Shown in pieces: positions 14,211-26,767 of a DNA stretch of 64,000 nucleotides. This stretch comes from Vermamoeba vermiformis (taxonomy: Eukaryota): assembly GCA_045837725.1 (NCBI GenBank), contig JBEWZL010000121.1, positions 248,001-312,000 of the forward strand, given 5' to 3'. The notes under the pieces were generated by a model. It ran no database searches, was not told the origin of the DNA, and saw nothing but the letters and a program-made list of their open reading frames with translations. The translations under genes were made by a program, and so were the position numbers. The stretch's first letter is position 1. Each line of letters begins with the position of its first letter.

Positions 14211-15838
14211 TTACAGTTCGTATATGTCTGACATTTGATCCAGCTGTTGTTTCATCTTTTTATTCAACGGATGTACTTGCCTCTCTCTGAAATTTTAAAC
14301 GTTAGTACGTCAAATCTTATAAACGACAGAATCTTTTTCAATCGAATACCTTTCCGCAGGAGACTCGAAGAATAAAGCCCGATCCTTCACATTCGAGATG
14401 ATCTGTCGATCTTCGATCTTTTGTGAATCATCGTCCGTCGACGAATTGGCGTTCATTAGGCCGTCATACGGTTGGTATGTCGTTAGACTATGCTTATATG
14501 CCATTGCAACATCATATTTTAGCTTCTCACGGGCTCTGTTTGCGAAATTAGTTACCTCGCGAGGAGTATTATTGGTCGTATACGCAAATTTCAGAACACA
14601 CCTCACTTGATCCCAATGGTTCTGTTCGAGATAGTACCGCGCCATATCCTCATCACATCCCATATCCGCGCAGAAAGTTCTGTGTAAAGGGAATTTGGTT
14701 AATTAAATTGTGTCAAATGCCGCCCAATTCGCCGCACTACGCAATGTCAAGCAAGATTGCGCGGTGAATTGTCGGTGCAAATAATTGTTACGTACAATAT
14801 CTGCTCGTGTTGCTTCTGCTGTCGCTCCTCTTCGTGTTGTTGTTTCAATTTGATGTGTTGAATCAGTTGTTCTTCGGTCACGCTGATCGTGAGGGTTTTG
14901 CGGCCATAAAACGCCGCTCGGGTAAACAACTTGTTCTCTTTCATGAGTTCTGCGATCTATAGGGGCACTGAGTGAGTGGCACATTCATGAAAGCTTGCAA
15001 TAAATTTAAATAATGGGAGTCGAAACTGGCACTCGGCGTGATTTAATCTTGTAACTTCAAGGTATATGTTTTGATTCAATATACATTTGAAAAGTTCTTA
15101 AAGTCGCGGTATCCCCGACACATAGGTGCAATTGAAACGTAAACAAAGCTGACACGTTGTCAGATCGTCTTCTTTAGAGAAAAGTAGAACAGAATAAGAT
15201 TTGCGGTGCGTATCTTTAAAGAATGTAGCACGTTATAATACGTACCGTAACGTTATACTTAAGCGCAATGCCCTCCAGTGTGTCCTCTCGTTCGATCGTG
15301 TGGATCAGTTTTGACGTTGCAGGATCAAATGCTACGGTACGTATTTATCGTTAGTATACTATTAGCACGGAAACTGTATCCTGGCTGTCTAGTAACGGCT
15401 GAGCGGTAAGAATAGTTTCTCCTGACGGTTTACAGCCAGGAGATCTCGTGCGTTCAGTTTGCATTTGTGTGTCTTCTGATTCGATTTAAATAACTTTGAA
15501 TATATAAACTCCAAAGATTTTCAAAAGGCTTACACAAAGATAATCTAGCTCGCCGAGCCGTTAATTGACAACCAAACGCCGAAAATTAATCAAATTATTA
15601 ATTTAAAAATAAAACAGTGTTAACCGCCTTCGTGGCGAGTTAAAAATAACTTACCGAAAACAGACAAGTCTACAGTACGATTATTATTGTTTCGCAGCTC
15701 TTCCTTCAGCAATCTAGATCTGTTCTTCCGCGTTTTTTTAAATATTTCGGAAAAAGCGCCGCGTTGCGATTCCGAGGAAGTGTCGTCAAATAATCTTTCT
15801 TTTATTATTGGCTCCTTCTCTTCGACGTCCGAATTCAT
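14211..15838 (-). CDS. LysM-domain protein with UBA-like segment
   Basis: An exon near 15250-15315 reads IHTIEREDTLEGIALKYNVT, continuing ELMKENKL (LysM). MGCDEDMARYYLEQNHWD is UBA-like. Terminal exons were inferred from splice signals. Confidence 0.75.
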
Positions 15839-16031
15839 GCCAGATTTGATCGGAGTTCGCTTCTTTTGTCACTGTAAAACGGTGTTATTCTGCAACCACA
15901 TAATTAAACAGGATGTGTGGTTGTCTTTTATATGAATAGGCAGCAAACTGAATGCAAACAGGTTTTGCAATTACTTGCCGACATTTTGTGCGTATTTCCA
16001 CACGATCGCGACCTCACCTCACACCTGCCTC

Positions 16032-17387
16032 ATGAACACGTCAAATATATATACAAATTTTCATAAAGATGTGAAGATTGAAGTTATCCCCGGCAAAGGT
16101 AATCTGACGAAGAGAAAGCTGGATCGGATGGATTGGGTTCTAAAAATATTTTATAAATTTAGTAATAATTAATCGTTGCTCTTAGCATTGTTTTATTGTT
16201 AAATTCAATAGCAAACAATTAATAATTTTTTTTGCAGGTCGAGGTGTCATTGCTCTGCGTGACTTCGAGGTTGGCGAGTTGATATTGAATGAACAGCCAG
16301 TCATTAAACTACCACTGTCTAACAATCAGTCAATGGCGTCTGTTGTCAAGCTGCTGGCTGAACCCAAGTATTCGGTGAGTTTGTTGTTAGTCACTTCTGA
16401 TTGCGTTACACCACTAATAAACATGCCAGGCCATAGCAGCAGACTTGTGCTACAGTCCTAACTACGCCAAGTTGAAGTCTGAAGTCGCTGGTCTCGCGGA
16501 CGAGCAGTACTCTATCTTGTGCGCCAAGATCGCAGCCAATTCATTCGGCACCGCTGAAGACCTTGCACTGTATTATCAATGCAGTCTATTCAATCACAGT
16601 TGTGCCCCTAATGCATGCCAATATCACGAAGGGTCCCTTGAAGCTAAGATCTACCTCATCGAACCCGTGCGCAAGGGCGAGGAGATCTGCATTAGCTACA
16701 GAGGTATGATGGCCGTATGATACACTGGTGATACTAATATATATAACAGGCGACTTGCTCTCACTGCCCACTGATAGGCGCAGAGAATGGTTGCGCACAG
16801 CACACGGATTCGAATGCGATTGTGCACGGTGTACCAAACCGGATCTGTTTCCAAATGATGCGCTGTTGAAGGGTAAGTTGGAAGAGGTGATACAAATGAT
16901 ACTAACGCGAGAGTTAGGTGTTACTGGAGTGCCAAAGAATGAAGCAGACAAGAATGAGGCCGTGCAATGGATGACACGCCAATTTGACGCGTTGGATCCG
17001 ACCTCGCCGCACAAAGACATGGCACTGCTCAAATCACTCGCCCTGCACACTAAAGCCATTGAACGATATCTCGCCACTCCATTCAGTGAAAAGTATTCTG
17101 GAACGCAAATGAATCCCGTGCACTGGCGCGTATTGACACTGCAACGGGACTTGATACCGCTGTACGTGCGACAAGGGCTGTGGAGTCAAGCCGCTGAATT
17201 GCTCGTGCGACACATTGCAGCTGAGAACAAAGTACTGCCGCGCTATCATCACGCACGACTCGTGAACTACATGACCTTGCTGCATGTGATTGATCAGCTG
17301 CCTGTCTCTCAGCAACAGAAGTACCGCGACACAGCCCTGGTCGATTGGGACAACTACGCGGTGATCAAAAAGATATTTCACGCGTGA
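16032..17387 (+). CDS. SMYD-like SET-domain methyltransferase
   Basis: IPGKGRGVIALRDFEVGELIL, SLFNHSCAPN, GEEICISY and post-SET FECDCARC. Confidence 0.88.
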
Positions 17388-17799
17388 ATGACCTTAATGA
17401 AGAATTGGTGCGAAGTATATTCCCAAGGTATACTGCACGTTAAGATTGATTTTTTTGAACTAATTATGACTTTGGTGCAGATTTCAACGCAACGTTCATT
17501 TTAATGATATATAATGAATGGTTCAGCGGTGTTCGTTAAGCTCAAGATCCGTGCTGAGGCAAGTCAAAAACAGTTTATTCTCCTTAATTTAGCGCGGGGG
17601 AATTTTAAGGATCGTGTCACAAATCGAGATTGGCCTCGGATTTATTGTGATAAACGACTTTAAGACCAGCAGACTCGACGGTTCAATATTATTTGATAGT
17701 AACTATTCGAGGGAGGTTCGAAATGATATTAATTACGAATTTTATTTAAATTAACAGCTATTCACAAGGGTATTAAATATTTGCGTTAGTCGAGGCTAT

Positions 17800-18454
17800 T
17801 TACTCGCTTTTCTTCACAGAATAGCCCTCCTCTTCTTTAGGAGAGAGGTGGAGTTTGTGCTTGGCTCCATCTGCGACTGCGTCAACTTTGCTTTCGACCA
17901 CCTAAGAAAGACAAGTTAGACACGAAGATATCGGATGTTCTCAAGGATAATTTAGAGCCAAAGTCAAGTCTCAGCATAATTTAAAGGGTGGTAAGGTTGC
18001 AGATCCCAAATATAACCTCTCAGATCCAAATTTGACTAAAAAAAATTGAATTTTTTGAACTACGTATCAATTTGATTCTCAATTAAATATTTATATTACT
18101 TACTTTAATGGTTCCTGAGGTCTTTGTCTTAGCAGTGTCCAATGCGCTGATGGCAAAGTCTGCGCCGGTGTTTACTGATCTCTTAACAAATTGGAGGCTG
18201 GATTTAGCGAGATCTGTGGCCTTGGTAACACCAGAATCAATGAGTTGCAATCCGCCGTGAATGACAGTCTTGGTGAGATCTGCGCTAAGTCAGCCTTTTT
18301 GCTCATCGACGAGGAAAGAATTCTTAAGCAGCATTCAACACTTACCCAGACCGGTTCCGACCAAAGTACCGACAGTACCACTGGCTGTGGCTACTAAAGG
18401 CAAAGTCCAGAACTTCTCAACAGTTTGGTGGCGCAATTGAAGAAGGGATTCCAT
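17800..18454 (-). CDS. Small (~128 aa) perilipin/PAT-like amphipathic protein, 3 exons
   Basis: Spliced product MESLLQLRHQTVEKFWTLPLVATASGTVGTLVGTGLDLTKTVIHGGLQLIDSGVTKATDLAKSSLQFVKRSVNTGADFAISALDTAKTKTSGTIKVVESKVDAVADGAKHKLHLSPKEEEGYSVKKSE*. Both introns are GT-AG and in phase. The family assignment is by resemblance only. Confidence 0.6.
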
Positions 18455-18878
18455 TTCGTAAGTACTCGGTTGTGGTAATTAGCGTATGTTTTAGCTTTGA
18501 ATAGGAAACACGCGACCGAAACTCGCCTTTATGCATTAATTCTCTGAGAGATTTTGGCCTAAAATCACTTGAGACTATTTCTGACTTTCAGTCATTGGAA
18601 AAATACCATTTCCCGAACGGCCCTCATCGTAAGGTGCTTATATTCTTATCGTACAGATGTTTTCGATACTGCTTAATGCTTTGGCGTTAATTCGAGCACA
18701 TTTCGCTGTTCTGCAGTTCAATCAGCTCGATTACTTTTGCTGGCGATTTAAATGAAATTTCATAATTTTTCACGTGGCCTCAGAAGTCATGTAAATGTCG
18801 ATACAAAACACGAACAGACAAATTTTATAATCGCCAGTAATGACACCATAAAAATCTCGTTCGACATTAAATTTAGCG

Positions 18879-21671
18879 ATGAGCAGTGGCGACAACAAGA
18901 TGCAAGATCAAGACGTCAAAATCAAGCGAGTATGCTTTGAAGGACTGCCAGGCGATGTACCAGTGGATGCAACTCCCTCACGAGAAGGATACTTAACAAA
19001 ACTTACCAACACTGTGCGAGGTAAACAATCAACCAAGTAACGAAAATTTTAGTGAACGGATCCGACTTTGATTATTTTCGCTGCTTTACATTATTTGACG
19101 AGTTTACGTGACGATACAAATTGTAGTTTATTCGATCGCACAACCATATTTCTTATCAACGCCTTACTAGCTGATTTTTTCAATATTTTTTGTTATTAAC
19201 CTAATTATTGAATATTTGACAGGGTGGAGAAAGCGCTACTTTTATTTAGAAGATGGTTTATTAAGCTACTCTAAGAGCAAAGATAAAGCGAGTAAAGGCG
19301 CGGTGTCTTTAATGAACTCCGTCGTACTGGTGCATAAAACCGATCCAACCCGTTTTGACATCGACACAGGTAATGATAATTACCAATTAATTTCATGCCA
19401 TTAACATCGATTATTCATAAGGTGCTGGTAGCGTATTCCACCTTCGAGCTTCGGTAAGCGATCCGATCTGGTCAAAGCAAGTCAAATGAAATTTGGTTGA
19501 TAATTTCACCAGATATTTGACCCCAAATCCCTATCGTTACACTTAACACTCATACTTGCTATGTTTTAGACTCCCGATGAAAGAAACGAATGGATTCGTG
19601 ATATCAAGCGAACAAAAGTTGCGTTGGAGTACATCTGGCGCAAAAGCCAAACACAACGTTCAGCACCACAAACTGCTTACCAAAAAACTGTACAGAAAGC
19701 GAATCATTATCAAGGGCTGCTGAAAGCTCAATTAAGACTGCTAGAGAAGTAAGTTATCTGAACCTGTCAAATCTCGTCATTTATATTAATTAACCGACTA
19801 ACGTTCAATTTATTATTGCAGAGATCTCAAAAAACACAAACCGCTCGGCAACGTAAGTTGAATGCAGCGCCTAAGGCATGCTAACTAACTCCCTTACAGA
19901 AGAGTCAAGACTTCGTAGATCATGCCAAGACATTCTACAACGTCACGGTCAAACTGCTGTCACTTGCCTCGCAGATGAGTGAACAATCCCCGAGCGACGA
20001 TTCTAAGACTGATGAGAGCGAATATGACGGGGTATGTCCATTGTACTCGTCAGCATGATGACTTTTGTTTGACACGTGTCAATGTCAGGTCGCCGACGAT
20101 GTCTCTGATGACGGTGCTCTGGGCTGGAAATCACCAGTTGAATCTGACAGCGAGGACTCGGCGGAATATTTCTCACCCAACACTTCGTACGATGATTTGC
20201 GCGACAGAATTGAACACGCCCTGTCTAACCGTGTGACGGCTGTAAGTGGCGCGGTTTGATGTCACTGAATAGCACTCTAATGTATATATTTAGCCGGCAT
20301 TCGAGTCCTTGACCAGCTCTTCAGAGCCTACTTCCTCGTACACGCCGTGCTTGCCCAATCAGTAAGCACTCGTTCGATGCAGCACACTGACTATTGAGCA
20401 CTACTAACACGCGTGCAGTTTGGACAAGTTCTTCGCCAAACAACCGGCCATCCCACCGCGTCATCACGTGACTGCTAATGAGCAAGAGGTCTCCAAGCCA
20501 GTCATGACACAGTTCTTCAAGTCATTTGTTGGTCGCGATGTCGATTCACTGAACGCAATTCCCGTTGAATTCTTCGAACCACTCTCCAATCTACAACGAT
20601 TCAGCGAGTGTTTGGAGTACAGTGAAGTGCTCGAACAAGCCGTGCAATGCAACAACTCGATGGAGAGATTGCTGCACGTGGCTGTGTTCGCGATTGCTAA
20701 TTACGCACACACTGCATTCAGATTCCGTAAGTAACACTTTGATAGTCAAATGAAGCGATTATTAACATACATTATCTCAGATAAACCCTTCAATGCACTG
20801 CTCGGCGAGACTTTTGAGTTCGTTGATGCCAAGCGAGGTGTGCGTGCCATTGTCGAACAAGTCAGTGTCAAACCACGCGTTGCAGCGATGCAAGCAGAGG
20901 CCAAAGAGTGGTGTCTGTGGAGTCACATGGGCCAAGTGAATCGATTCTGGGGCAAGTCACTCGAGATGACGAACACTGGACGAATGTAAGTACTTCGAAC
21001 AACTGAGACGCGGCATGTTACTGACCCTTGTCGTTAGTCACGTGGCCATTCAAAAGCACGGCGATCACTTTGTGTGGAACAGAGTGACGAGCTTCATCAA
21101 TCACTTGCTCTACGGTCAAAAGAGTGTTGACCACGAGGGTGAAATGCGTCTGATGAACAAAGCGACCAATGAGAAAGGCGTTATCACGTGGAGCACGCGG
21201 GGTGTGACAGCTGAACTGTTCGACAGCACCGAGACACTGCGCTTTAGAGTGCGTGGCAACTGGCACTCAGCCCTGACAGCCACAGCCGTCGAAGCTGATG
21301 GCAGCGAGGGACAAGAGCACGTCGTGTGGAAAGTCAAGAGCCTCGGTGACCCTTCAGCCAAGCAGTGGGGCATGACCTCATTCGCTGCGACCCTCAACGA
21401 GTTGCCCGAGTCCCTGCAGAGCGTGCTGCCCATGACTGACAGCAGACTGCGCAAAGACATTCGTGCCCTCGAAGAAGGACGATTTGAAGAGGCTGCACAA
21501 GAGTACCAACGCCTGACTAAAAAGGAAAAAACACGTGAGGAGAACGACCAAGCACAGGACATCAAATGGTTCATGAAAACTAAAGAAGACGGCTGGATCT
21601 ACAGAGGAGGCTATTGGGAACATCGCGAGTTCACGACGTGGGACAGCGATGCGGCACAGCTGTTCAATTAA
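18879..21671 (+). CDS. PH-domain oxysterol-binding protein-related protein (ORP/Osh)
   Basis: PH: EGYLTKLTNTVRGWRKRYFYLEDGLLSY. ORD: PVEFFEPLSNLQR, KPFNALLGETFE, LPMTDSRLRKDIRALEEG, YRGGYWE. Confidence 0.93.
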
Positions 21672-21710
21672 CATTGTACATATAGTAAATACTGTTTATA
21701 TTTAAGCGTG

Positions 21711-23863
21711 TTATTTAGCAGGCTGTTGTTTCTTGGCCAATTTGTTCTTGAACTTCTGCTCGCTGATCTCAGTGGCTTGCAAGTTGTGCTTCAAGATCTT
21801 CTTCTCCATGATCAGATAGTGCAAGGCGAGCTTCTTGTGATAATTCTTTTCCACTTTGAGTGCTTGTTCATCTTGTTCGAGTGTGGTGGGATATTTCGTG
21901 AGCATTTGTTGCAGTTTGAGTTGCAACATCTTGTGCGCACGCAGTTCATTCGTCTCGCTGATCACACCACCGCCCTTCAACATCTGCTTGGCCTTGTCGA
22001 GCTCTTCTTGCGTCGTCAACAGACACACGCGCAAATAGACGAGCAGTGAGGGATCGAGTTTGCCTTCAGGACGCAACTGAAACACTGTCGGCTCGGTGCT
22101 GCGAACACGTCAGTCGCGTGGTCAATGAGGGCGAGTATGAGTCACTTACGCGCTTTGTCGCACAGTGCGCAACAGCTCGTCTTTGAGCTGCAACAACTTG
22201 TCGGTCTGCGGCAGTGGATAGAAGATGATCTCCATGTAGTTGTGTCTGTTTTTGTCGTGCACAAAGCCTTGATAGAGCAACAATTCGAGATTGGGACGAG
22301 GGCCGTAGAATATCTTGAGCTGTTGATTGGCTTTGTAGTCGTTGTTCGCTGCAATCTCCATCTCTTCAGTGCCCGAGAAGAGCGTCGTGTTCTGATTGGC
22401 TGGTGAATAACGTGATTGACTGCAGGCAATGATGAACTTACCTCGCCTTCAGTGTGATTGAACATGTCAAACAGAGGCACCAATGCGAGGCCATGCTTCA
22501 CGTGCTTGTGCGTGCCCTCCTCGTGCTCATGATCGTGCTCGTGATTGCAGTTCTCACCGTGTTCGTGTTCATGATCGTGCTTGTGCTCGTGGTCATGATC
22601 GTGCTCGTGATTGCAGTTCTCGCTATGCTCGTGGTCGTGGCTGTGACCGTGGTCATGATCGTGTTTGTGCTCGTGGTCGTGGTTGCATCCCGGACCGTGT
22701 TCGTGGTCATGATCATGCTTGTGTTCGTGATCTGTGGTCGTGGTCGTGATCGTGATTGCAGTTCTCACCGTGCTCGTGATCATGATCATGGCTGTGTTCG
22801 TGGCCGTGTCCGTGATGATGACCACGATGCACTTCATAGCCAATAGGAATTTGATTCTGACGCGAGAGCACAATCAACAAGGCCCACAAGAAGTTCTCCC
22901 AAGTGAGGTGTGACAGTCTCAAGTGGTCAATGTCTTGGGTCTGTTGCGTGTCAGTACATGATTTGCATCTGTTCACAACGGTCGCTAGATACTTACGCTG
23001 AGCAGTTGATAGAGATAGTTGTAATAGAAACACGCTTGAGCCCAGTTCTTGATCACCAGCACTGTCAAAATGACACGTGTCAATTGATAATTTTCACAAA
23101 CAGCGACGTACAGAGCATGGTAGGAGTGCCAGAGAGCATCTTGATCTCGTCGAGGGTCCAGCGCAGTGGTGTTTCTGCTCCTTCGCTCGGCAACAGATCC
23201 AAGTACGGACGCCACTTGGACGCAGGTGCAAATCGTTCAGTGAGCAAGCGCGTGGTCAGTGCAAGACTAGGAATGCGCTCCAAGTAGTTGGGGCCAGTCA
23301 ACACCTTAGTGTGCCCCTCGTGGATCAGGCGAGTCAAGTCAGGCCCTGCTCCATCCAGCACTGTCAGCGCGGCAGTGCGAGGTACGCGACAGATTGTCTC
23401 GCCCTTCTTGAACTCGCGCAGTGCTACCACACCATTGCCCTCGTGCGAATAGTCCTTAATAGTCCAGTCCTTAGTCTCCACACCGTGGCTGTGCAGCCAG
23501 TCCACAAACTTTTGGATCTTCTTCTCGTGGGACTCAGCTGTGCATTGTCAGCTGGTGAATGCAAAGTGCTTCATATATTACCTTTTTTCTCCTTGCGCGG
23601 CAGTTGTTGAGCAGCTTTCAATTGTTCAACAGCGTGATATAACTGCTCAAACAATGACCACGGATCTTTGCCCTGATTCATAGTTTGGACAACAGACGAA
23701 GACACTGCGATAAAAAATTAACAATAAATATTTAAAATTATTAGCAAGAGTTTTGCGCCAAGTTCATTGAAGAAATCTCAGCTGACTTACAATTAGTCAA
23801 TTTGTCCACCAAGTCAGCGATCTCGCCGCTGCGATTGTCCAATACTTTAGGTTTGTAAGCCAT
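21711..23863 (-). CDS. SETD3/Rubisco-LSMT-family SET methyltransferase with His-rich insertion; apparent frameshift at ~22733
   Basis: GNGVVALREFKKGETICRVP, SKWRPYLDLLP, FLWALLIVLSRQNQIP, LALVPLFDMFNH, IFYGPRPNLELLLYQGFV, followed by an LSMT-type C-terminal domain. SRQNQIP and IFYGxRxN are SETD3-like. Confidence 0.85.
22493..22830 (-). repeat. Coding imperfect tandem repeat encoding (H-D/E)n with recurring GENCNH/GPGCNH units
   Basis: Repeated cacgat/cacgag/catgat units on the minus strand inside the SET domain. Confidence 0.9.
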
Positions 23864-24177
23864 CGTGTGTTGTTATGTGAGTGATGGTTGATCAACAAAA
23901 TGCACGCAAAGAATAGTCAGCAAGGAGACCCTGATCGATCGGAATAGTTCGGTTGGAAAACTCATGACTAAGGACTCACATTAGGCTATTAACATCATTT
24001 ATATCATTCCCATACTAATTCTGCATAAATACAGTGCGTAGTGTCAATGTTGGCTCAGTTCCGAAGTGCCCGCCAAAAAATATGCCAAATTTGAAGGGCA
24101 ATGATAGTGTTCTGTCTCGTTAGATTGTGTAGGCAATAGACCACATTACGTGTTTATATTTGTATATATTGTAATAA

Positions 24178-25514
24178 TGACTGACGCTAATAGTAAGATC
24201 AACCGCCAAACAACTCCAAATCTACAAACACACTAACTGCAGTATTTAGATGACGTTGTAGTTGATGGTGAAGGTGTGCCATTGCAACACACTGTAAGGC
24301 ATATTAATTCAATTGGCTATTATTTAAACTCCCTGAATCTGCATCTAATAATTTATTTTTAAACCTGCTAGTGGTCGTTCTGGCACGATAAATTTAAGGT
24401 AAGTCATTTGTAATCTCAGCAATATATCCGCAATGTAGGACGGCAAATTAAATTCAGCGAAGAAAAGGAGTTGAAAATAAATATCGATCGTCTGCGTTGA
24501 CTCCTGTATAAGACAGCTTTTCAAAATAATAATGATAAGCCATGCATATACTAATGTATTGTATTAATAAGGGCCCTACTCAATCCGCCACTGAATACGC
24601 TCAAAACCTAATGGAGTTGTGCTCTTTCGACACCGTTCAAGTACGTACTACCTAGCTCTAGAACTATTTGGCCATATTATTTGGCCATATTTATAGTATA
24701 ATTTACCTGATCTAACTCAGCCATCCTGAGTTTGAATTTGAATCCTTCGACTATTTTGGCGCCAATGAATTTAACAGCTAACAATATTATTGTAGGGCTT
24801 TTGGCAATCATATGGCTCATTGCCTCCTATTGTACAATTGAAACCAGGCTTCAGCTATCACATGATGAAGAAGGGCATTACTCCTGTCTGGTACGATCTG
24901 TTTATTTGACCAAGGTAGCGACATTACTCATCAATATTATAGGGAAGATCCTACTAATCAGCGCGGCGGTATCTGGTCGATTCGAACACCCAAAGACAAG
25001 ACGTGAGTACAGTACATCCAGTGCCTGCAGGCCAGTGACTCACTTCTCTCGCAGCGAGTTTGTGTGGCGCGAATTGTTGCTCGCAGCGGTGGGCGAACAG
25101 TTCTCGGACTCACTGCAGACTGGCGACGACATCTCTGGCGTCACTGCTTCTATTCGACAGTACGTGCATGCGCTCTGATCTGTATTGTAGCGATATTAAT
25201 ACGAGTGGTATAATAGGAACTACGACATTATTCAGATTTGGAACACCAAGGCTGACGGCGATGTCGACAAGATTCGCGACAAAGTGGTGGCGATTCTGCC
25301 CAATGTCACGTTCTTGGCCACATTTTACAAGCGTAAGTGCTCGACCGACCATCTGCGCATATATGTTAGAGGCACTTATAAGGGCCGTACAATATATGCG
25401 CTATTAATGCTGAGATCCAAGTCACTAACGAGTGCAACAGCGTGCAATCAACACAAAGCCTTTGGTACCGCAGAACAGGCCCAAGAAGCAGCACCTCAAG
25501 CTGAAAATAAATAG
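24178..25514 (+). CDS. EIF4E3: eIF4E-family cap-binding protein, class III (eIF4E3)-like, many small exons
   Basis: Spliced: PLQHTWSFWHD..ATEYAQNL..FDTVQGFWQSY..SYHMMKKGITPVWEDPTNQRGGIWSIR..VWRELLLAAVGEQF..IQIWN. Confidence 0.85.
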
Positions 25515-25782
25515 TCAACTCGATAGGTGCTTATATAATATATTATAGTAACATAACCGCCGTAGTATTAGTATAACAATAAAAATCTAAAAATATGCAT
25601 GCCCATGTCACTCTGTACTAGCGCTAGCCTGGTTACACTATGCAGTGCGAATGTAGGGTAGCTGCGTGTTTAGGTGTGTATATAGTGACCCTTATTAGTC
25701 CACAAGTCATTGCGTGGGGCCTGTCACAGCAGTGCAATTCTGTCTTTCCTCCCAATCTATCAGCACAACCACAACTGTTGCA

Positions 25783-26605
25783 ATGGTGCATGTTGTCATA
25801 GGAACCACTAATAAAGCCAAAATTAAGGCCGTAAGTGCAATTTTTGCGTCATAAATTGGACGGCGGTTAATTCAAGATCCAGGTTGAGATCGTTGTCAAT
25901 CAGATCTGGCCTCAAGAGCAACACAAAATCGAAGGCCACTCAGTAGAATCGGGTACATTATATCTATATACTCGTGATTAATATTAACGATTTCTTTATG
26001 CAGGAGTAAGCGCACAACCCTTTTCAGACGAAGAATGCATTCGTGGAGCCACTGTAAGCCTGATTAACTTGATATTGACCATGTGCTTATGTAATGTATA
26101 TAGAATCGCGCACGGTCTGCCTTAGAAAAAGTAAACAACGAAGCGGACTTCGCTGATCGGACTCGAAGGAGGGATCCAACAAATTGGCGCAGCTTATTTC
26201 GAGTGCGGATGGATAGTGATCATTAGCAAAGATGTAATTATACTCTGCATACATAAATGAGTAACGCACTAACACGGCACGTGCAGGGTCGAATCGGGAT
26301 AGGCAGTTCAGGGCGGTTCTTAGTGGCGCAACACATCATTGACGAGCTGATTGGCGGCAAAGAACTCGCGGAGGTGATTGATCAGCTCTCTGGCAAGACT
26401 GATGTGCGCTCCAGTTGGGTGAGTACTGCGTGCTTGTGGTGCGAGGTTGATTCTGACACGTGTCATTCAGGGCATGATGGGCGAGATCACCAATGGTGGA
26501 CTGACACGTGACATTGCCTATTCGCACGGAGTGTGGTTCGCATTTGCACCGTTCATATCTCCGCGCCAGTACTGGGAGCTAGATGTAAATACCAGCGACA
26601 AATAA
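25783..26605 (+). CDS. yjjX: YjjX-type inosine/xanthosine triphosphatase (NTPase_I-T family); apparent +1 frameshift at ~26155
   Basis: Spliced: MVHVVIGTTNKAKIKAV..VESGVSAQPFSDEECIRGATNRAR..ADFA/IGLEGG..GKELAEVID..GMMGEITNGGLTR..FAFAPF. Confidence 0.88.
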
Positions 26606-26767
26606 ATAGCCCAGCATTAACTACTACTGTACTGCATTTAAGGGGGTTTTATTGTTCGAAAATATATGTACATTATTTCAAAATCGAGAGGTGGGGGAGG
26701 GTTCGTGTGAATCACGTGCTGGATGCAGAGCAGATCCACCACGCAATCAGCGAGGACAAATACGCAC

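Noticed and set aside
22454-22846. Periodic repeat that could be mistaken for a CRISPR array, plus hydrophobic and RARD-type ORFs on the + strand
   Set aside because: No constant repeat with unique spacers. It is a coding His-rich tract, and the + ORFs are its antisense shadows.
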